38,134 nucleotides of DNA from IMG/VR virus record IMGVR_UViG_3300025288_000050, positions 1 through 38,134 of that record; one strand, written 5' to 3'. Below the pieces are notes generated by a model. That model did no database searches. It was not told the origin of the DNA and saw nothing but the letters and a program-made list of their open reading frames with translations. Positions 6,233-16,281 of the stretch are shown piece after piece (position 1 is the stretch's first letter; every line of letters begins with the position of its first letter). Origin of the DNA: a virus. The position numbers were made by a program, and so were the translations under genes.

Positions 6233-9200
6233 CTGCCTGACTTGCTGAGAAACTTGAGCTGTCATTAATCCGCCTTTGCGCCATCGGTCAAGGGCGGCGT
6301 TTTTTTCTTCCTTGGTTTTAATTTTCTTTAGCATTCTAGCCATTGATTGGGCACGCTCGCCGTTCTTAATTTGAAGTTTTTCTAATGCGAAATCTTCTTG
6401 AGTAAATCCTAAGGCATATTTTCTCTTAACATCAGAGATCTGAAAAGCGAACTTGGGGTCCTCTTTTCTAATCATTGTCAACAATTGATTAGCTTCTTTT
6501 TTCGGCATTCTAATCAAATCTTCATAGGCCGCTTTCGCACCACGGGCTTTCAGCAAATTTGGCTGGAAGCGCGCATCTTCCGTTTTTATCTTGATTGGGG
6601 ACAAGACGTTCCAAAGTACATCCGGCCGTCGGCTTTCTTCCCCTCGGGGATCAGTATGTGGTGTGACGTAGGTAGATAAAAACGGAATTCCACTGATGAT
6701 TTTCTCCACTGGGGTATTAGCGTCGCGGAAAATCGGGTCGATTGTCCTGGTGACTGCACCGAGAAGCGACCCCAACGGGACTAATTGGCGTCCACCGAGT
6801 TCAAAAAGTTTCTCCAGAACGTTTGTTGGCCGTCCATAAAAAGTACCTTGCATTACTTCAACTAAAGATTGCAAACCTTCCATGTAAGATTGGGAGGAAA
6901 AGAACTCGGAAATTGAACCAATGAACATGCCAACCTGCCTCCAAGCGGGTTCATTTCGGACATATTTGTCATCTTGACTATAATATTTTAGTGCCGCCGC
7001 CATAGCAATTGGGTAGGCCAGCGGGCCGAGGCGAGCATACTGGTACCATTTGTCGCCAATTTTTATAGAGTATTCTTGTTTTTCGGCATAAAAAGCCTGC
7101 CGTTCTTTCTTAGAAGACGGTGCAGACCAAGTGGCATCACCTGTAAAAGCAACCCATCCGGCGCCGGCGAAGACTGTCGAACCGATCAATGCTTTGGAAA
7201 ATTGCTCAGTCTTCTTCGTTGCTCCGAACATGGTCATAAAACCGAGGGGGGAGAATTCAATCCCTTGCTTTAAAATGTTCATCGGCGTCGCAATGAAAGG
7301 AATAAACCAAGAAACAATTTTGCCCGCCCGCTTACTGTTCCTGAGATTTTGAATTTTATCAGTAAAATCATCGATCAAGCTCAAGAGTTCGCCTTGTCCT
7401 TTAGCATTTCTAGCGTCAGTCGGGGCACGAAAAATCCAGTAGGCAGCATCCCTTTCAGCTTGCAGAAGTATTTCCTGTGGATTAATTTTCTTCCCCTGCT
7501 TCGTCGCGCGGGTAGTAAGAGAAGCAACTCCACCCTCTCGGATCAAGGTGCGAAAAAAGACATCTCCTGCCTCCAGGGCATTCAAAACGAAAATGAAAGG
7601 TTTGGTCAGCTTTGAGTTGGTCGGTAAAAACTTTAAATCCGGACGACCTGTGAATCTATTCCCTGCCATTACTTCTGCCGCCTGAGAAAAAGCATCGCCG
7701 GTCGCCGAGAACATACCCCTGAAATAAGCCGGGACTTCAGCGACATAAACCTCTCTATCCTTTCCCTTCAAGGCTGAAGCAAAAAAGTCTACTGTTCCGT
7801 TAACAAATCTAGTTACCGGTTTAAGAGCCACGGCCTGAGCGAGGTTGGTGGCCAAGTTTAATTGGTGGGTTTGTGGGTTGGAAAGTAAATTAATATAGCG
7901 GGCCTCATCTAAGATATCTTTCAATTCAGCGGGGTTATGCCTGCGATAAAATTCAGTGACTTGTTTCTTATTTGTCCAATCCAATTTCTTAGCTTCGGCA
8001 ATAATAGTATTCAATTTTTCAGTGTTCCCTTCAAATTTCTTCATTAAATCATCAATTGCACGGAAAATAGTTTCATCAGCTTCAGGTAGACTTTCAATAC
8101 TGCGAGATAAATTTTGTAGACTCCGTCCTATGTCTGCTCGTTGAGAAGATAAGATTAAGAAATCCTGAAGAATTTCTTCAGTTGGATCACCACTCTTGAT
8201 AGCGGCTGCAATATTCTGCCTTAATTTATTGACCCGAGCCATTGAGTCTATTGATGCTTCGCGTGAAACAACCTGCTTGACAGGCTTAACTAATTTCATT
8301 GCCTCCTCGACTTCCTTCCCAGTAACCGTTGTTCCTCGAATTGCTTGGAGTTCAGACTTAAAAGCGTCAACAAGGTTGTCGAAAATCTTTGCCCCATCTT
8401 CAGTAATTGGCAATAATTTCTTTGATGCTTTCAAACTTTCAATTGCTTTAGCAAAAGAAGTTTCTTCGAGAACGGCTTTCTTAGCTAAAGTGTCCACTTC
8501 TGAAATATCAATCTTGCTTGCCTCTTCAAAAAAATCTTCCAAACCTTTAAACGAAGTCTTTCCGGTTTTAATTTCTTCAACTAATTTCTTAGCATCCGGC
8601 AAATCATTTGCCAACGTATCTATACGCTTCAAGAAAACTTCAAGATCATCGGACTGGCGGGCAACATCAGTAAGATTCTCAAGTTTAATTGCCTCCTCAA
8701 TAAGGGCTTTAACTTTAAATATTTCTTGTTCAGGAAACTTACTTAAATCCTCACCTCTTGAAATAGCCCGAACAATATCTTGAGCTGCCTCGCCTAAAAT
8801 CTCACCGGCTCGCAAGGCAAACTTAGTTTCCTTAACCACTTTAGCAACCTTAAACGGATTTTCAGGAAATAAATCTAGGGCAGAAATACCTAAAACAATT
8901 GCCGGGGCGGAAATCTTAGAGGAGATACCGAATTTATTCATTAGCTTTACTGCATCCCCCGCAAACCCTTGTCCTTCCTCAGCTCGCTTTATTTGTTCAG
9001 AGAAATTAAAAACCTGTCCATCCTTTTCACCTGTTATCCCCGTGCCGAATAGGCTTTTTGTAAAAGGAGAAGCTGGAATTTCAGTCACCCCCCGATTCTT
9101 AGCATAAGCGGTTTCAAGGACAATACTTTGAACCGCCCGAGAAAACGGCTTTAAAATGACTTCTTTCCCCCCAGCCATTAACAGATCTTGAATTGGATTG

Positions 9201-9400
9201 TTCAATTTGATTGATGGAACTGGGGTAGATAATTCTAAAGTGCCACCTTTTTCTATATATTGTTTCGCTTCAATTTCTTTCTTTCCGACTGAAAGTTTCG
9301 GGGCAAGATATTTAGTGAAATCAGAAATTGCCCTAGTGGTTTTTTCCCGGGCCTGCTCTAGAAAACTCTGGGTTTTAGAAATAAAATCTAATAGTGCCAT
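6212..9400 (-). CDS. Large virion-associated protein (putative internal/ejection protein)
   Basis: 1062-aa uninterrupted ORF. Coiled-coil-like N-terminal half and hydrophobic segments in the C-terminal half (IVSWFIPFIATPMNIL, STVFAGAGWVAFTG, LGPLAYPIAMAAAL). It sits at the distal end of the structural operon, like T7 core proteins. No catalytic motif seen. Confidence 0.55.
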   Translation of the reverse strand: MALLDFISKTQSFLEQAREKTTRAISDFTKYLAPKLSVGKKEIEAKQYIEKGGTLELSTPVPSIKLNNPIQDLLMAGGKEVILKPFSRAVQSIVLETAYAKNRGVTEIPASPFTKSLFGTGITGEKDGQVFNFSEQIKRAEEGQGFAGDAVKLMNKFGISSKISAPAIVLGISALDLFPENPFKVAKVVKETKFALRAGEILGEAAQDIVRAISRGEDLSKFPEQEIFKVKALIEEAIKLENLTDVARQSDDLEVFLKRIDTLANDLPDAKKLVEEIKTGKTSFKGLEDFFEEASKIDISEVDTLAKKAVLEETSFAKAIESLKASKKLLPITEDGAKIFDNLVDAFKSELQAIRGTTVTGKEVEEAMKLVKPVKQVVSREASIDSMARVNKLRQNIAAAIKSGDPTEEILQDFLILSSQRADIGRSLQNLSRSIESLPEADETIFRAIDDLMKKFEGNTEKLNTIIAEAKKLDWTNKKQVTEFYRRHNPAELKDILDEARYINLLSNPQTHQLNLATNLAQAVALKPVTRFVNGTVDFFASALKGKDREVYVAEVPAYFRGMFSATGDAFSQAAEVMAGNRFTGRPDLKFLPTNSKLTKPFIFVLNALEAGDVFFRTLIREGGVASLTTRATKQGKKINPQEILLQAERDAAYWIFRAPTDARNAKGQGELLSLIDDFTDKIQNLRNSKRAGKIVSWFIPFIATPMNILKQGIEFSPLGFMTMFGATKKTEQFSKALIGSTVFAGAGWVAFTGDATWSAPSSKKERQAFYAEKQEYSIKIGDKWYQYARLGPLAYPIAMAAALKYYSQDDKYVRNEPAWRQVGMFIGSISEFFSSQSYMEGLQSLVEVMQGTFYGRPTNVLEKLFELGGRQLVPLGSLLGAVTRTIDPIFRDANTPVEKIISGIPFLSTYVTPHTDPRGEESRRPDVLWNVLSPIKIKTEDARFQPNLLKARGAKAAYEDLIRMPKKEANQLLTMIRKEDPKFAFQISDVKRKYALGFTQEDFALEKLQIKNGERAQSMARMLKKIKTKEEKNAALDRWRKGGLMTAQVSQQVRQLYEARK

Positions 9401-9409
9401 AGTTTTATT

Positions 9410-11407
9410 TTAAAGAGTCCAGTTGAGATCATTACCGGATTCAATTTGATATTGCTGCAAGTCTGCCCCAGTTGCTCCACGTTGAGAAAGAAACTCATAA
9501 TAAGCCTTATTAGCATTGTAGAGGGTTTCGGCAACTTCTCGCGGGATTAATTCCGCACCGGTTTGAGGGTCATAGAACATGCCATCTTTTTCAATAAAGG
9601 CGTTATTCCCTCCTAATTCGGCATATCGCTGTTGTAGAGCAGGGCGGATTGATTCCCATTGTTTTGATAATTCAGCAATAACTGAGAAAACCTCAGAGCG
9701 ATCACCTGCTGAAATTTGGGAGATCGGATATCCTTTTAAGACATTTTGAATTAAGGAGGATGACTTATCGCTTACTCCTCCCGAGCTGCTGCTTGAGGAC
9801 GGAATAGCAATCGCTTCCCCGGTAATTGGGTTAACGGCAAACCCCAATAACTTGTAGTAATACTGCATGTCTTCAAACTGCTGTCGAGCATCGGCTTTCG
9901 CCTCCTTACGAGCCGCCTCTTGGGCATTAAGACGATTTTCAAAATCCTGAAGAGCCGAATTGAATAACAACTCTGCCTGGTCCTGAGCCATATTGTGGTT
10001 CTGAACTGCAAAATCTAAGGCATTTCCAAGTTGCTGGAATTTAAAGGCATCCGAATCCCGTTGAATTGAAACAGCCTGGTCAATTAGTTTGGAGCGGCGT
10101 TCCAAATCAACTTCTAAAACGTTCTTCAAATCAGTTATTGGGGCGGCGGCATCCGCGAGTTTTTGCAGTTCGATAGTCCGCTGGCGATCTAAGATACCTT
10201 GAGTAATTTCAGTCCCCTGAGCAGCCTGAAGAGTTGTTGCAGGCACTCGACGCTGAACCGCCAACAGATCAGCTAGTTGTTTATCAACAGTTGATAACTG
10301 GTCCATGATGTCATCAATGCCGGATTTAGCCTCGAGCTGAGTTCTAAAATTTGCAAGATTAGTGGGGTTATAAGACAACAACTGCGATTGTGCCCCCAAA
10401 ATGGCTTGATTAAACGGTTGTAACTGTGAAAGCATGAGGTTCGCCAATTGGGTTGTCGGCGACTCACCGCCCAGAAGACTGCTGATTCCACCAGCGATTG
10501 CTGTGCCTCCTCCGGTTGCTGTACCCCCGCCGGTCACTCCGCCTTGGGGTTGAGCTTGCGCCTGAGCTAGAAACGATCCCGCTTGAGCTAAACCAAGCCG
10601 AGGTTGGTTGACTTCAATTAGACCTTGTGCCGCCAATTGCTTTAGTTGCTCAGGATTTAGAATCTTCTGCGGTTGATTGGTACCTTGGGGGATATAATAG
10701 AGGTCATTTCCATCCTGGAAAATCGGAGACGGCTTACCAATGGAGAGATTAGGGACACCGCCAACTTCGGCTTGTTGATTCTGAGTCAGGAATAAACTTC
10801 CATCAATCATGTTGTCAACCGGGGTCGGAGTTGGTGTAGGACCGCCTGGAATAAATTTTGACACTTCATTAGCCGGGATGAAATTCCCACTGGCATCTTG
10901 AACCAACCCTGGGACTTTGATGCCTAGAGCCGTTGCTTGTTGCTGAGTTGGATCAATTGCGGCCTGCATCTGAGCAGCCTTGGCTTCAAGTGCGGCACGT
11001 TCCGCCGGCGAGGCACTAGCTGGAATAGCTAAAACGTTTGCAATGTTCGACTGCTCATTGGCAATTTTTTCGGCCATGGTCTGCTGGGTGTTAGCATAAC
11101 GCGAAAGGACGCCGGCTCTTAAAGTAGATTGGGGAGTGCCCATCAACCAATCGAGAGCGCTAGATCCTTGAGCTGACCCAAATTCACCGATAGTGGTCAC
11201 TTGGCCGTCCCTGATTCGAGTTGCCCCGGCATCCTGGAGAGCAGATAGGGCAGTTTGTGCCCAATTAACTGGGGTCGCGTTTCCGAGGGAATGAAAAACA
11301 TCTTTGTTGGAGATAATCGACTCCGCTGCTTCCTTAACTCCGGCAGCGGTTTTGTCAAATCCTTCAGTAAAACCACTAGAAATATACTTATTAATATCGA
11401 AAGCCAT
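9410..11407 (-). CDS. Q/A-rich coiled-coil virion protein (putative internal protein)
   Basis: 665-aa ORF with a PTPTPTP linker, a Gly-rich stretch GGVTGGGTATGGGTAIAGG and a long heptad-like region. Confidence 0.5.
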   Translation of the reverse strand: MAFDINKYISSGFTEGFDKTAAGVKEAAESIISNKDVFHSLGNATPVNWAQTALSALQDAGATRIRDGQVTTIGEFGSAQGSSALDWLMGTPQSTLRAGVLSRYANTQQTMAEKIANEQSNIANVLAIPASASPAERAALEAKAAQMQAAIDPTQQQATALGIKVPGLVQDASGNFIPANEVSKFIPGGPTPTPTPVDNMIDGSLFLTQNQQAEVGGVPNLSIGKPSPIFQDGNDLYYIPQGTNQPQKILNPEQLKQLAAQGLIEVNQPRLGLAQAGSFLAQAQAQPQGGVTGGGTATGGGTAIAGGISSLLGGESPTTQLANLMLSQLQPFNQAILGAQSQLLSYNPTNLANFRTQLEAKSGIDDIMDQLSTVDKQLADLLAVQRRVPATTLQAAQGTEITQGILDRQRTIELQKLADAAAPITDLKNVLEVDLERRSKLIDQAVSIQRDSDAFKFQQLGNALDFAVQNHNMAQDQAELLFNSALQDFENRLNAQEAARKEAKADARQQFEDMQYYYKLLGFAVNPITGEAIAIPSSSSSSGGVSDKSSSLIQNVLKGYPISQISAGDRSEVFSVIAELSKQWESIRPALQQRYAELGGNNAFIEKDGMFYDPQTGAELIPREVAETLYNANKAYYEFLSQRGATGADLQQYQIESGNDLNWTL

Positions 11408-11416
11408 AGAGCCAAA

Positions 11417-12688
11417 TTAAACTTGTAATTGAATTAATGTTCCACTGTTCCCATCTTCTCCGTCACCACCGTAATAATTCGGAGTAGGGGGATTAGAAGA
11501 ATTTTTCAAATATCCCGTGCCTCCGGTCCCGCCGGTTCCACCAGCCACCGAAATCGTCCCGCTTCCGGATGAAGCAGAATTGATGTAAACCAAAACTCCG
11601 CCACTTCCTCCACCTCCGCCTCCGCCTCCGCCAGCAAATTCATTAGGGGGATAAGTTCCATCGACTGCACCATCACCTCCATTACCGCCATTTCCGCCGA
11701 TTAAAGAGATCGTTCCGTTATTCACTACATTCTTTGCCGCAAGAAAAATAATTCCTCCTGGGCTTCCACTCCCTCCTCCACCACCACCTCGGCCTCCCCA
11801 GCCTTTCCCGCCTGCTCCACTACCGGAACCAGCGGAAGAACGTAAATAGTCCGGAGTTGGATAGAAATCATACATTAAATAAGCCGCAGTAAAATTTGAG
11901 ATGGAATTATAAATCGTCCCGGTTTTACTTCCCGCAGCGCCACCTTGGGGAGCAGGGTTTCCCGGGTCGTTTCCAAACCCCCCCGCTACCCCATCTGCTC
12001 CAAGGGATTTAGCAACACTATCTCCCATTGTTCCTGCCCCACCACCTCCAGCTGTTCCAGCTTTTCCAGCGATACTCCCTTGCACCGAACCGCTTGCTAA
12101 GGCTGCCCCGGCCGTTCCGCCTGTACCGGAATAGATTGGTCCGGCATTTCCGCCATTTCCACCAGCGTTTCCGTTTCGAGCAATTGTGCCTTCATTAGTC
12201 AAAGTCCCCTTGACAAAAATTCTAAAACCGTTGGGATTTAAATTACCTGCTGCTTCAACCGTCAAATTGTCATAGTACATGTCTCTCGTGAGAGAAGTGC
12301 TTCCTGAAATTGTGACGTCACCATCTGACCCGTCTCCAAAAACATCTTGAAAATTTAAAGACAAATCGTTGATTGTCAAATTTACTCCATCGTACTTCAA
12401 GGAGCCGGAGGAAGAGATGATACTCATCTTAAATACTCCATCGTCATTTCCTATAAAAACTCCATCGTCACCGTAGACCTGGGCTCCAGCCGTCATCGCA
12501 CCCTCCGGCGATACATTAACGACATCATACGCTGTAGAACGAGAAGACAAGGCATTATTCGATTCAGGCAAAGCGTAGTCAGATAAGGTCTCCACCTTAG
12601 TCTCTTGGGAATCAGAATCAAAGGAAGCCGGTTGTTGTGCCGCCTGATCATTAATGGTTTCAATTGGCGTAACCATTTCGCCGGCCAT
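11417..12688 (-). CDS. Glycine-rich tail fibre/spike-like protein
   Basis: 423 aa. Repeated GGNGGNAG / GTGGTAG / GGGGGGGGSGG tracts typical of the glycine-rich domains of phage fibre proteins. Follows the nozzle-like gene. Confidence 0.55.
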   Translation of the reverse strand: MAGEMVTPIETINDQAAQQPASFDSDSQETKVETLSDYALPESNNALSSRSTAYDVVNVSPEGAMTAGAQVYGDDGVFIGNDDGVFKMSIISSSGSLKYDGVNLTINDLSLNFQDVFGDGSDGDVTISGSTSLTRDMYYDNLTVEAAGNLNPNGFRIFVKGTLTNEGTIARNGNAGGNGGNAGPIYSGTGGTAGAALASGSVQGSIAGKAGTAGGGGAGTMGDSVAKSLGADGVAGGFGNDPGNPAPQGGAAGSKTGTIYNSISNFTAAYLMYDFYPTPDYLRSSAGSGSGAGGKGWGGRGGGGGGSGSPGGIIFLAAKNVVNNGTISLIGGNGGNGGDGAVDGTYPPNEFAGGGGGGGGGSGGVLVYINSASSGSGTISVAGGTGGTGGTGYLKNSSNPPTPNYYGGDGEDGNSGTLIQLQV

Positions 12689-12690
12689 AA

Positions 12691-14139
12691 TTAGGTAGTG
12701 GGTTTGGTATCGTAAGAAAATTTCAAAGAAGTAAATTCTGGTGCCACTCCATTCACTGAGTTAATTTCAATCCGCGCTTTAAAAAAGCGCCCAACTGGAA
12801 TCGGTGTGCCATCAGCAAGCTGGGTAACTACTTTTGAAACCTCGCCAGCAGTGCTTGAAGTCATAACAGTTGCCCAAGAAGCGCTATCATCCCGTTTAAC
12901 TTTTACCACTAAAGATTGCCCAGAGATTAGAGCCGAGTGCACAATATGCGCTTTGGACAAAACCTTTTTGAAACCCTCTTGGGTAATTGAACCATGGAAA
13001 TCCAGAGACTCAACATATCCGGTAGCAAATTTTGCTGAAGAATCAACCTTATCAATTCCGTAAGTCGCACCATCACCCCAACCAATGTACATTTCATTGT
13101 CCGCCGCCGTATGGAGAGCACCGATCTTGACATCCGAATCAGTAGCGTCGGTCGAAATCGTGTACTCCATATTCATGGCGTGAGGAAGGTTAGCCCGATC
13201 ACCGCCAAAAGAATAGACACCACGAGTCAAAGAAGCTGCTGTAGCCGCACCAGCAATTCCAAAGTGCGGAATGCCCTGCCAAATAGTTTTTGCCCCGGGG
13301 TAAATGTCAATGTTTTCATCCTTATCCTCATTAATAAACGGAATCTTGCGCCGTTGATAAAGTTCACCATTAGTCAGCTGGTAAATGTTCCCAATCACTC
13401 CAGCAAAAACATTAAGAATATTCTTATCAGTTTGGCACAAGAGAAGATTACCTGCTTGAGAATCGATGACTGCATTGAACCTTGTAGATAAACCATCCCA
13501 AAGGACGAGTTTACCCTTCGATGAGTTTCTAATTGATGATCCCGTCCAACAAGAAATGGCGAGATAATCCCCCCATTCTTCAAAATCTCGGATTATCCAA
13601 CCTGAAGGCATTACTAAACGCGTCCCGGAATAGCCGGCTGAAGCATAATCATAAACAGCCATGTTGCCTTGAGACCCGACACAGAGAAGATTAACTTTAG
13701 AGAAAAGGTGAACAGGATTCCAAGACGAAGCCGTTATCGCCTGCCAGTTATCAACATTTTCTGTTCCCCAAGTTCCGCCGACGGGAAAACGCCCCAGGTA
13801 AGACGCATTAACATAGTATAAATACGAAGCGTCGACACCTAACCCCTGACCGCTAGAGGCGGTGACTGACTTAACGCTTACCCAGGACGCCGCAGCTTTT
13901 CGCTCGAAGATTTTCCCGTTTTGAAGATAAGCGTACTTTATCCCCTGGAGATCACGGATCCAGTGAGGTAAAGCATCAATCGCGGTGGCCGAATCTTTGG
14001 TCAGCTTCTGGTTCAAAGTAATCGCATCATGCTGACGCCGAAAATTCAAATTCTGTGCAAAAGTAAAAGTCGCCTCTCGGTCGAGCTGCTTGCCCTCTGC
14101 TGTTCCCCCGTAGAGGCGTTTTGTCAACCAAGTAGGCAT
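12691..14139 (-). CDS. Putative tail tubular/nozzle protein (beta-rich)
   Basis: 482-aa ORF directly downstream of the adaptor-like gene, a position analogous to T7 gp12. No motif-level identification. Confidence 0.45.
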   Translation of the reverse strand: MPTWLTKRLYGGTAEGKQLDREATFTFAQNLNFRRQHDAITLNQKLTKDSATAIDALPHWIRDLQGIKYAYLQNGKIFERKAAASWVSVKSVTASSGQGLGVDASYLYYVNASYLGRFPVGGTWGTENVDNWQAITASSWNPVHLFSKVNLLCVGSQGNMAVYDYASAGYSGTRLVMPSGWIIRDFEEWGDYLAISCWTGSSIRNSSKGKLVLWDGLSTRFNAVIDSQAGNLLLCQTDKNILNVFAGVIGNIYQLTNGELYQRRKIPFINEDKDENIDIYPGAKTIWQGIPHFGIAGAATAASLTRGVYSFGGDRANLPHAMNMEYTISTDATDSDVKIGALHTAADNEMYIGWGDGATYGIDKVDSSAKFATGYVESLDFHGSITQEGFKKVLSKAHIVHSALISGQSLVVKVKRDDSASWATVMTSSTAGEVSKVVTQLADGTPIPVGRFFKARIEINSVNGVAPEFTSLKFSYDTKPTT

Positions 14140-14141
14140 AG

Positions 14142-14807
14142 TTATTCAGAAAATTCAGAAGCATAAAATCCGTCCCAAGAATCGATGTTACGCTGACCCA
14201 AACCGAGTTTATATTCCTCATTCATCTTTTGAATTTCCGTCTCAGCTAGACGCATGCCAGTAGCATCGCCATCACGCTGTTTCAAGTCCCGAACCATTAT
14301 CTGCACTAGGTTAGGATGCAACTCATCTGGAGTAACAGGGATTTGCGTGGTGGTTGCAAGAGCAGCTGGGCGAGCAATATACCAGTAACTCAAACCACTC
14401 GTTACACTAGCGTCCGGAGTCGGATGCAGTTGAATAATACTGGCTGAATTGTCCGGTTGATTAATGAAAGTATATTTAGGTGCAGATTGAGATTCAGTCT
14501 CGGCATTTAAATTGGATATCTCATTCAAATCTTTACGATAAGCAACATAAGAATTTGAGCCATCATAACTTAACGTGACCTTCTTCAATTGAAGAATGTT
14601 TGATGCCAAGGTGTAAGCATTGGAGCCCGAAACCAGATTGATCGCTGTCCCCGGTTTCAACATGAAGTCCTGACGAAGACCGGAAACCATCTTCACCTGC
14701 TCTGAGATAGAGTCATTTAACAGACGATATAGTTGAGTATCACTAACATCACCGGTATCTAAGTTGGCAATGAAACGGACTTTATCGAAAATTTGTTGTA
14801 CAGTCAT
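14142..14807 (-). CDS. Putative head-tail adaptor
   Basis: 221 aa. The N-terminus FDKVRFIANLDTGDVSDTQLYRLLNDS resembles connector/adaptor N-termini. First gene of the tail block. Confidence 0.4.
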   Translation of the reverse strand: MTVQQIFDKVRFIANLDTGDVSDTQLYRLLNDSISEQVKMVSGLRQDFMLKPGTAINLVSGSNAYTLASNILQLKKVTLSYDGSNSYVAYRKDLNEISNLNAETESQSAPKYTFINQPDNSASIIQLHPTPDASVTSGLSYWYIARPAALATTTQIPVTPDELHPNLVQIMVRDLKQRDGDATGMRLAETEIQKMNEEYKLGLGQRNIDSWDGFYASEFSE

Positions 14808-14817
14808 ATTTTTTAAA

Positions 14818-14917
14818 CTTCCTCTTAATCCACCAATCTTGAAGTAACTCCCTAAAAGCCTATGCCAGCTAAGCGAATGGTGTCAGAGACTCATTAAATT
14901 GGTGGATTAAGAGGAAG
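14818..14917 (-). repeat. Perfect 20-bp inverted repeat with a 60-nt loop (intergenic stem-loop)
   Basis: cttcctcttaatccaccaat (14818-14837) is the exact reverse complement of attggtggattaagaggaag (14898-14917). Immediately flanked by a GGGGG-aaatt-CCCCC hairpin (14917-14931). Confidence 0.9.
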
Positions 14918-15036
14918 GGGGAAATTCCCCCTTAAATTATTCTTCCGGTTCACCAACAACTTCGGACTCTTCGAGAGGACTGTCAACAGTCGGTTCGTCG
15001 ACAGGTTCCAAGACTTCTTCTTCCATAGTCTTTTTT

Positions 15037-15234
15037 TTACTTATTAACAAAATCAGGGACAGGGCTTAACTCAGAAACCCGGGCGAATTTGGCTAGGGCT
15101 GCTAAGACTAAACCTACTACTATTTTAACACTTTCTGCCTCAATCTTAAAGACTGAAATTAAAAACCATGCGACGAGGACGACGACCAAGAGCTCTAAGA
15201 CGTGCATTAAGGTACTGAATAATTCGGCTTTCAT
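15037..15234 (-). CDS. Holin-like small membrane protein
   Basis: 65 aa with two hydrophobic segments (LELLVVVLVAWFLISVF, IVVGLVLAALAKF). Directly downstream of the peptidase gene. Confidence 0.55.
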   Translation of the reverse strand: MKAELFSTLMHVLELLVVVLVAWFLISVFKIEAESVKIVVGLVLAALAKFARVSELSPVPDFVNK

Positions 15235-15246
15235 AAATTTAGATTT

Positions 15247-16272
15247 TTAACGATTAATTAAACTTTCAGGATTAGTGCGTTCAAAATTGAAGTCGAATAA
15301 ATGCTTTCCAGTGCGCCTCCAATTAAAACAATCATTTATAACGTCCCCAGGTTTCCAAATCGGCCACGGTTTATAATAGTGGGAATTGTACGAATCGTAT
15401 GAAATGGCATTGACATAGACTGTCCAAAACTTTCCGGCCGCTTCCCACACACTCTGGTTGTTAAATTTCTTAAACTCGCGCTCCAATTCGTTTGCCACTT
15501 CTTTTTCCTTGCTCAAATTCCTAGGCTTACCATAATGGTCAAGGCAATATTGAAACTCATTTTGTTGGGTTTCTTCTTTTTTCTTACGCCAATCCGGCGG
15601 TAAATCAAGTATGCACCAAGCGTTGTAAAATTCGTAGCTTGCATCCAGGTGATGATACCCGTTAAAACCTAACTCGCGCTCCAAACTGTCAAAAACAATC
15701 CAACTGCCTTCGTCCCAGCCGACCAGTAACACAGCGTGGTTATCCCTAACCTGATTCCGTTTCGCACGATATTCAAAGTAGCCACGGGTTGCATCAACCC
15801 CAACCAGCAAAGCCCCGTATTGAACCACTGCCGATTGTGTTTCTTCGCTGTTATTAGCGACCCTGGCATAACCTGGAATTTTCCATTTACCGACCAACTG
15901 GTCAGAGCGAAGCTTCAAATCTTCCCATTCGGCCAAATCGTATAAATCGCTAGGCATTGGCAATTCTTCATAATCGACCAATCCTTTCGTTCTCGCCGCC
16001 TCAAGAATTGCCCTGAAATATGTCCCTTTCTTATTGCCACCGGACTTAAAGAATAAATCCGCTTGGCTGTATTCGTCTTCAAACTCGCTTTTGGTCTCAA
16101 TCAACTTTGTCCCAGAAAACGCCGCACAGAACGGCCAACCCCCCTGATTCTCAAACCTTAGGTTTGGAATTATGAATTGACTAGGCACTTCAACCGATGA
16201 TCCGGCAACCGGTAATTCATCTAACCACAAATCTCGCTTGTCTATTGGGTTTGGTAGAAGGCCGTAGTTCAT
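15247..16272 (-). CDS. Papain-like (C1 family) cysteine peptidase, candidate endolysin
   Basis: VPSQFIIPNLRFENQGGWPFCAAFSG parallels the papain Q...C-x-x-W-A-F-S active-site block. DNHAVLLVGWDEGSWIVFDS parallels the His block. ATG 16272 preferred over TTG 16281. Confidence 0.6.
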   Translation of the reverse strand: MNYGLLPNPIDKRDLWLDELPVAGSSVEVPSQFIIPNLRFENQGGWPFCAAFSGTKLIETKSEFEDEYSQADLFFKSGGNKKGTYFRAILEAARTKGLVDYEELPMPSDLYDLAEWEDLKLRSDQLVGKWKIPGYARVANNSEETQSAVVQYGALLVGVDATRGYFEYRAKRNQVRDNHAVLLVGWDEGSWIVFDSLERELGFNGYHHLDASYEFYNAWCILDLPPDWRKKKEETQQNEFQYCLDHYGKPRNLSKEKEVANELEREFKKFNNQSVWEAAGKFWTVYVNAISYDSYNSHYYKPWPIWKPGDVINDCFNWRRTGKHLFDFNFERTNPESLINR

Positions 16273-16281
16273 AAGAAACAA

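Noticed and set aside
6212-11407. Interpreting the 1062-aa or 665-aa coiled-coil proteins as a tape measure (siphovirus/myovirus tail)
   Set aside because: No major tail tube, sheath, tail-assembly chaperone pair or baseplate genes are visible. The gene order fits a short-tailed T7-like layout, so an internal/ejection protein is the more economical reading. This remains unproven.
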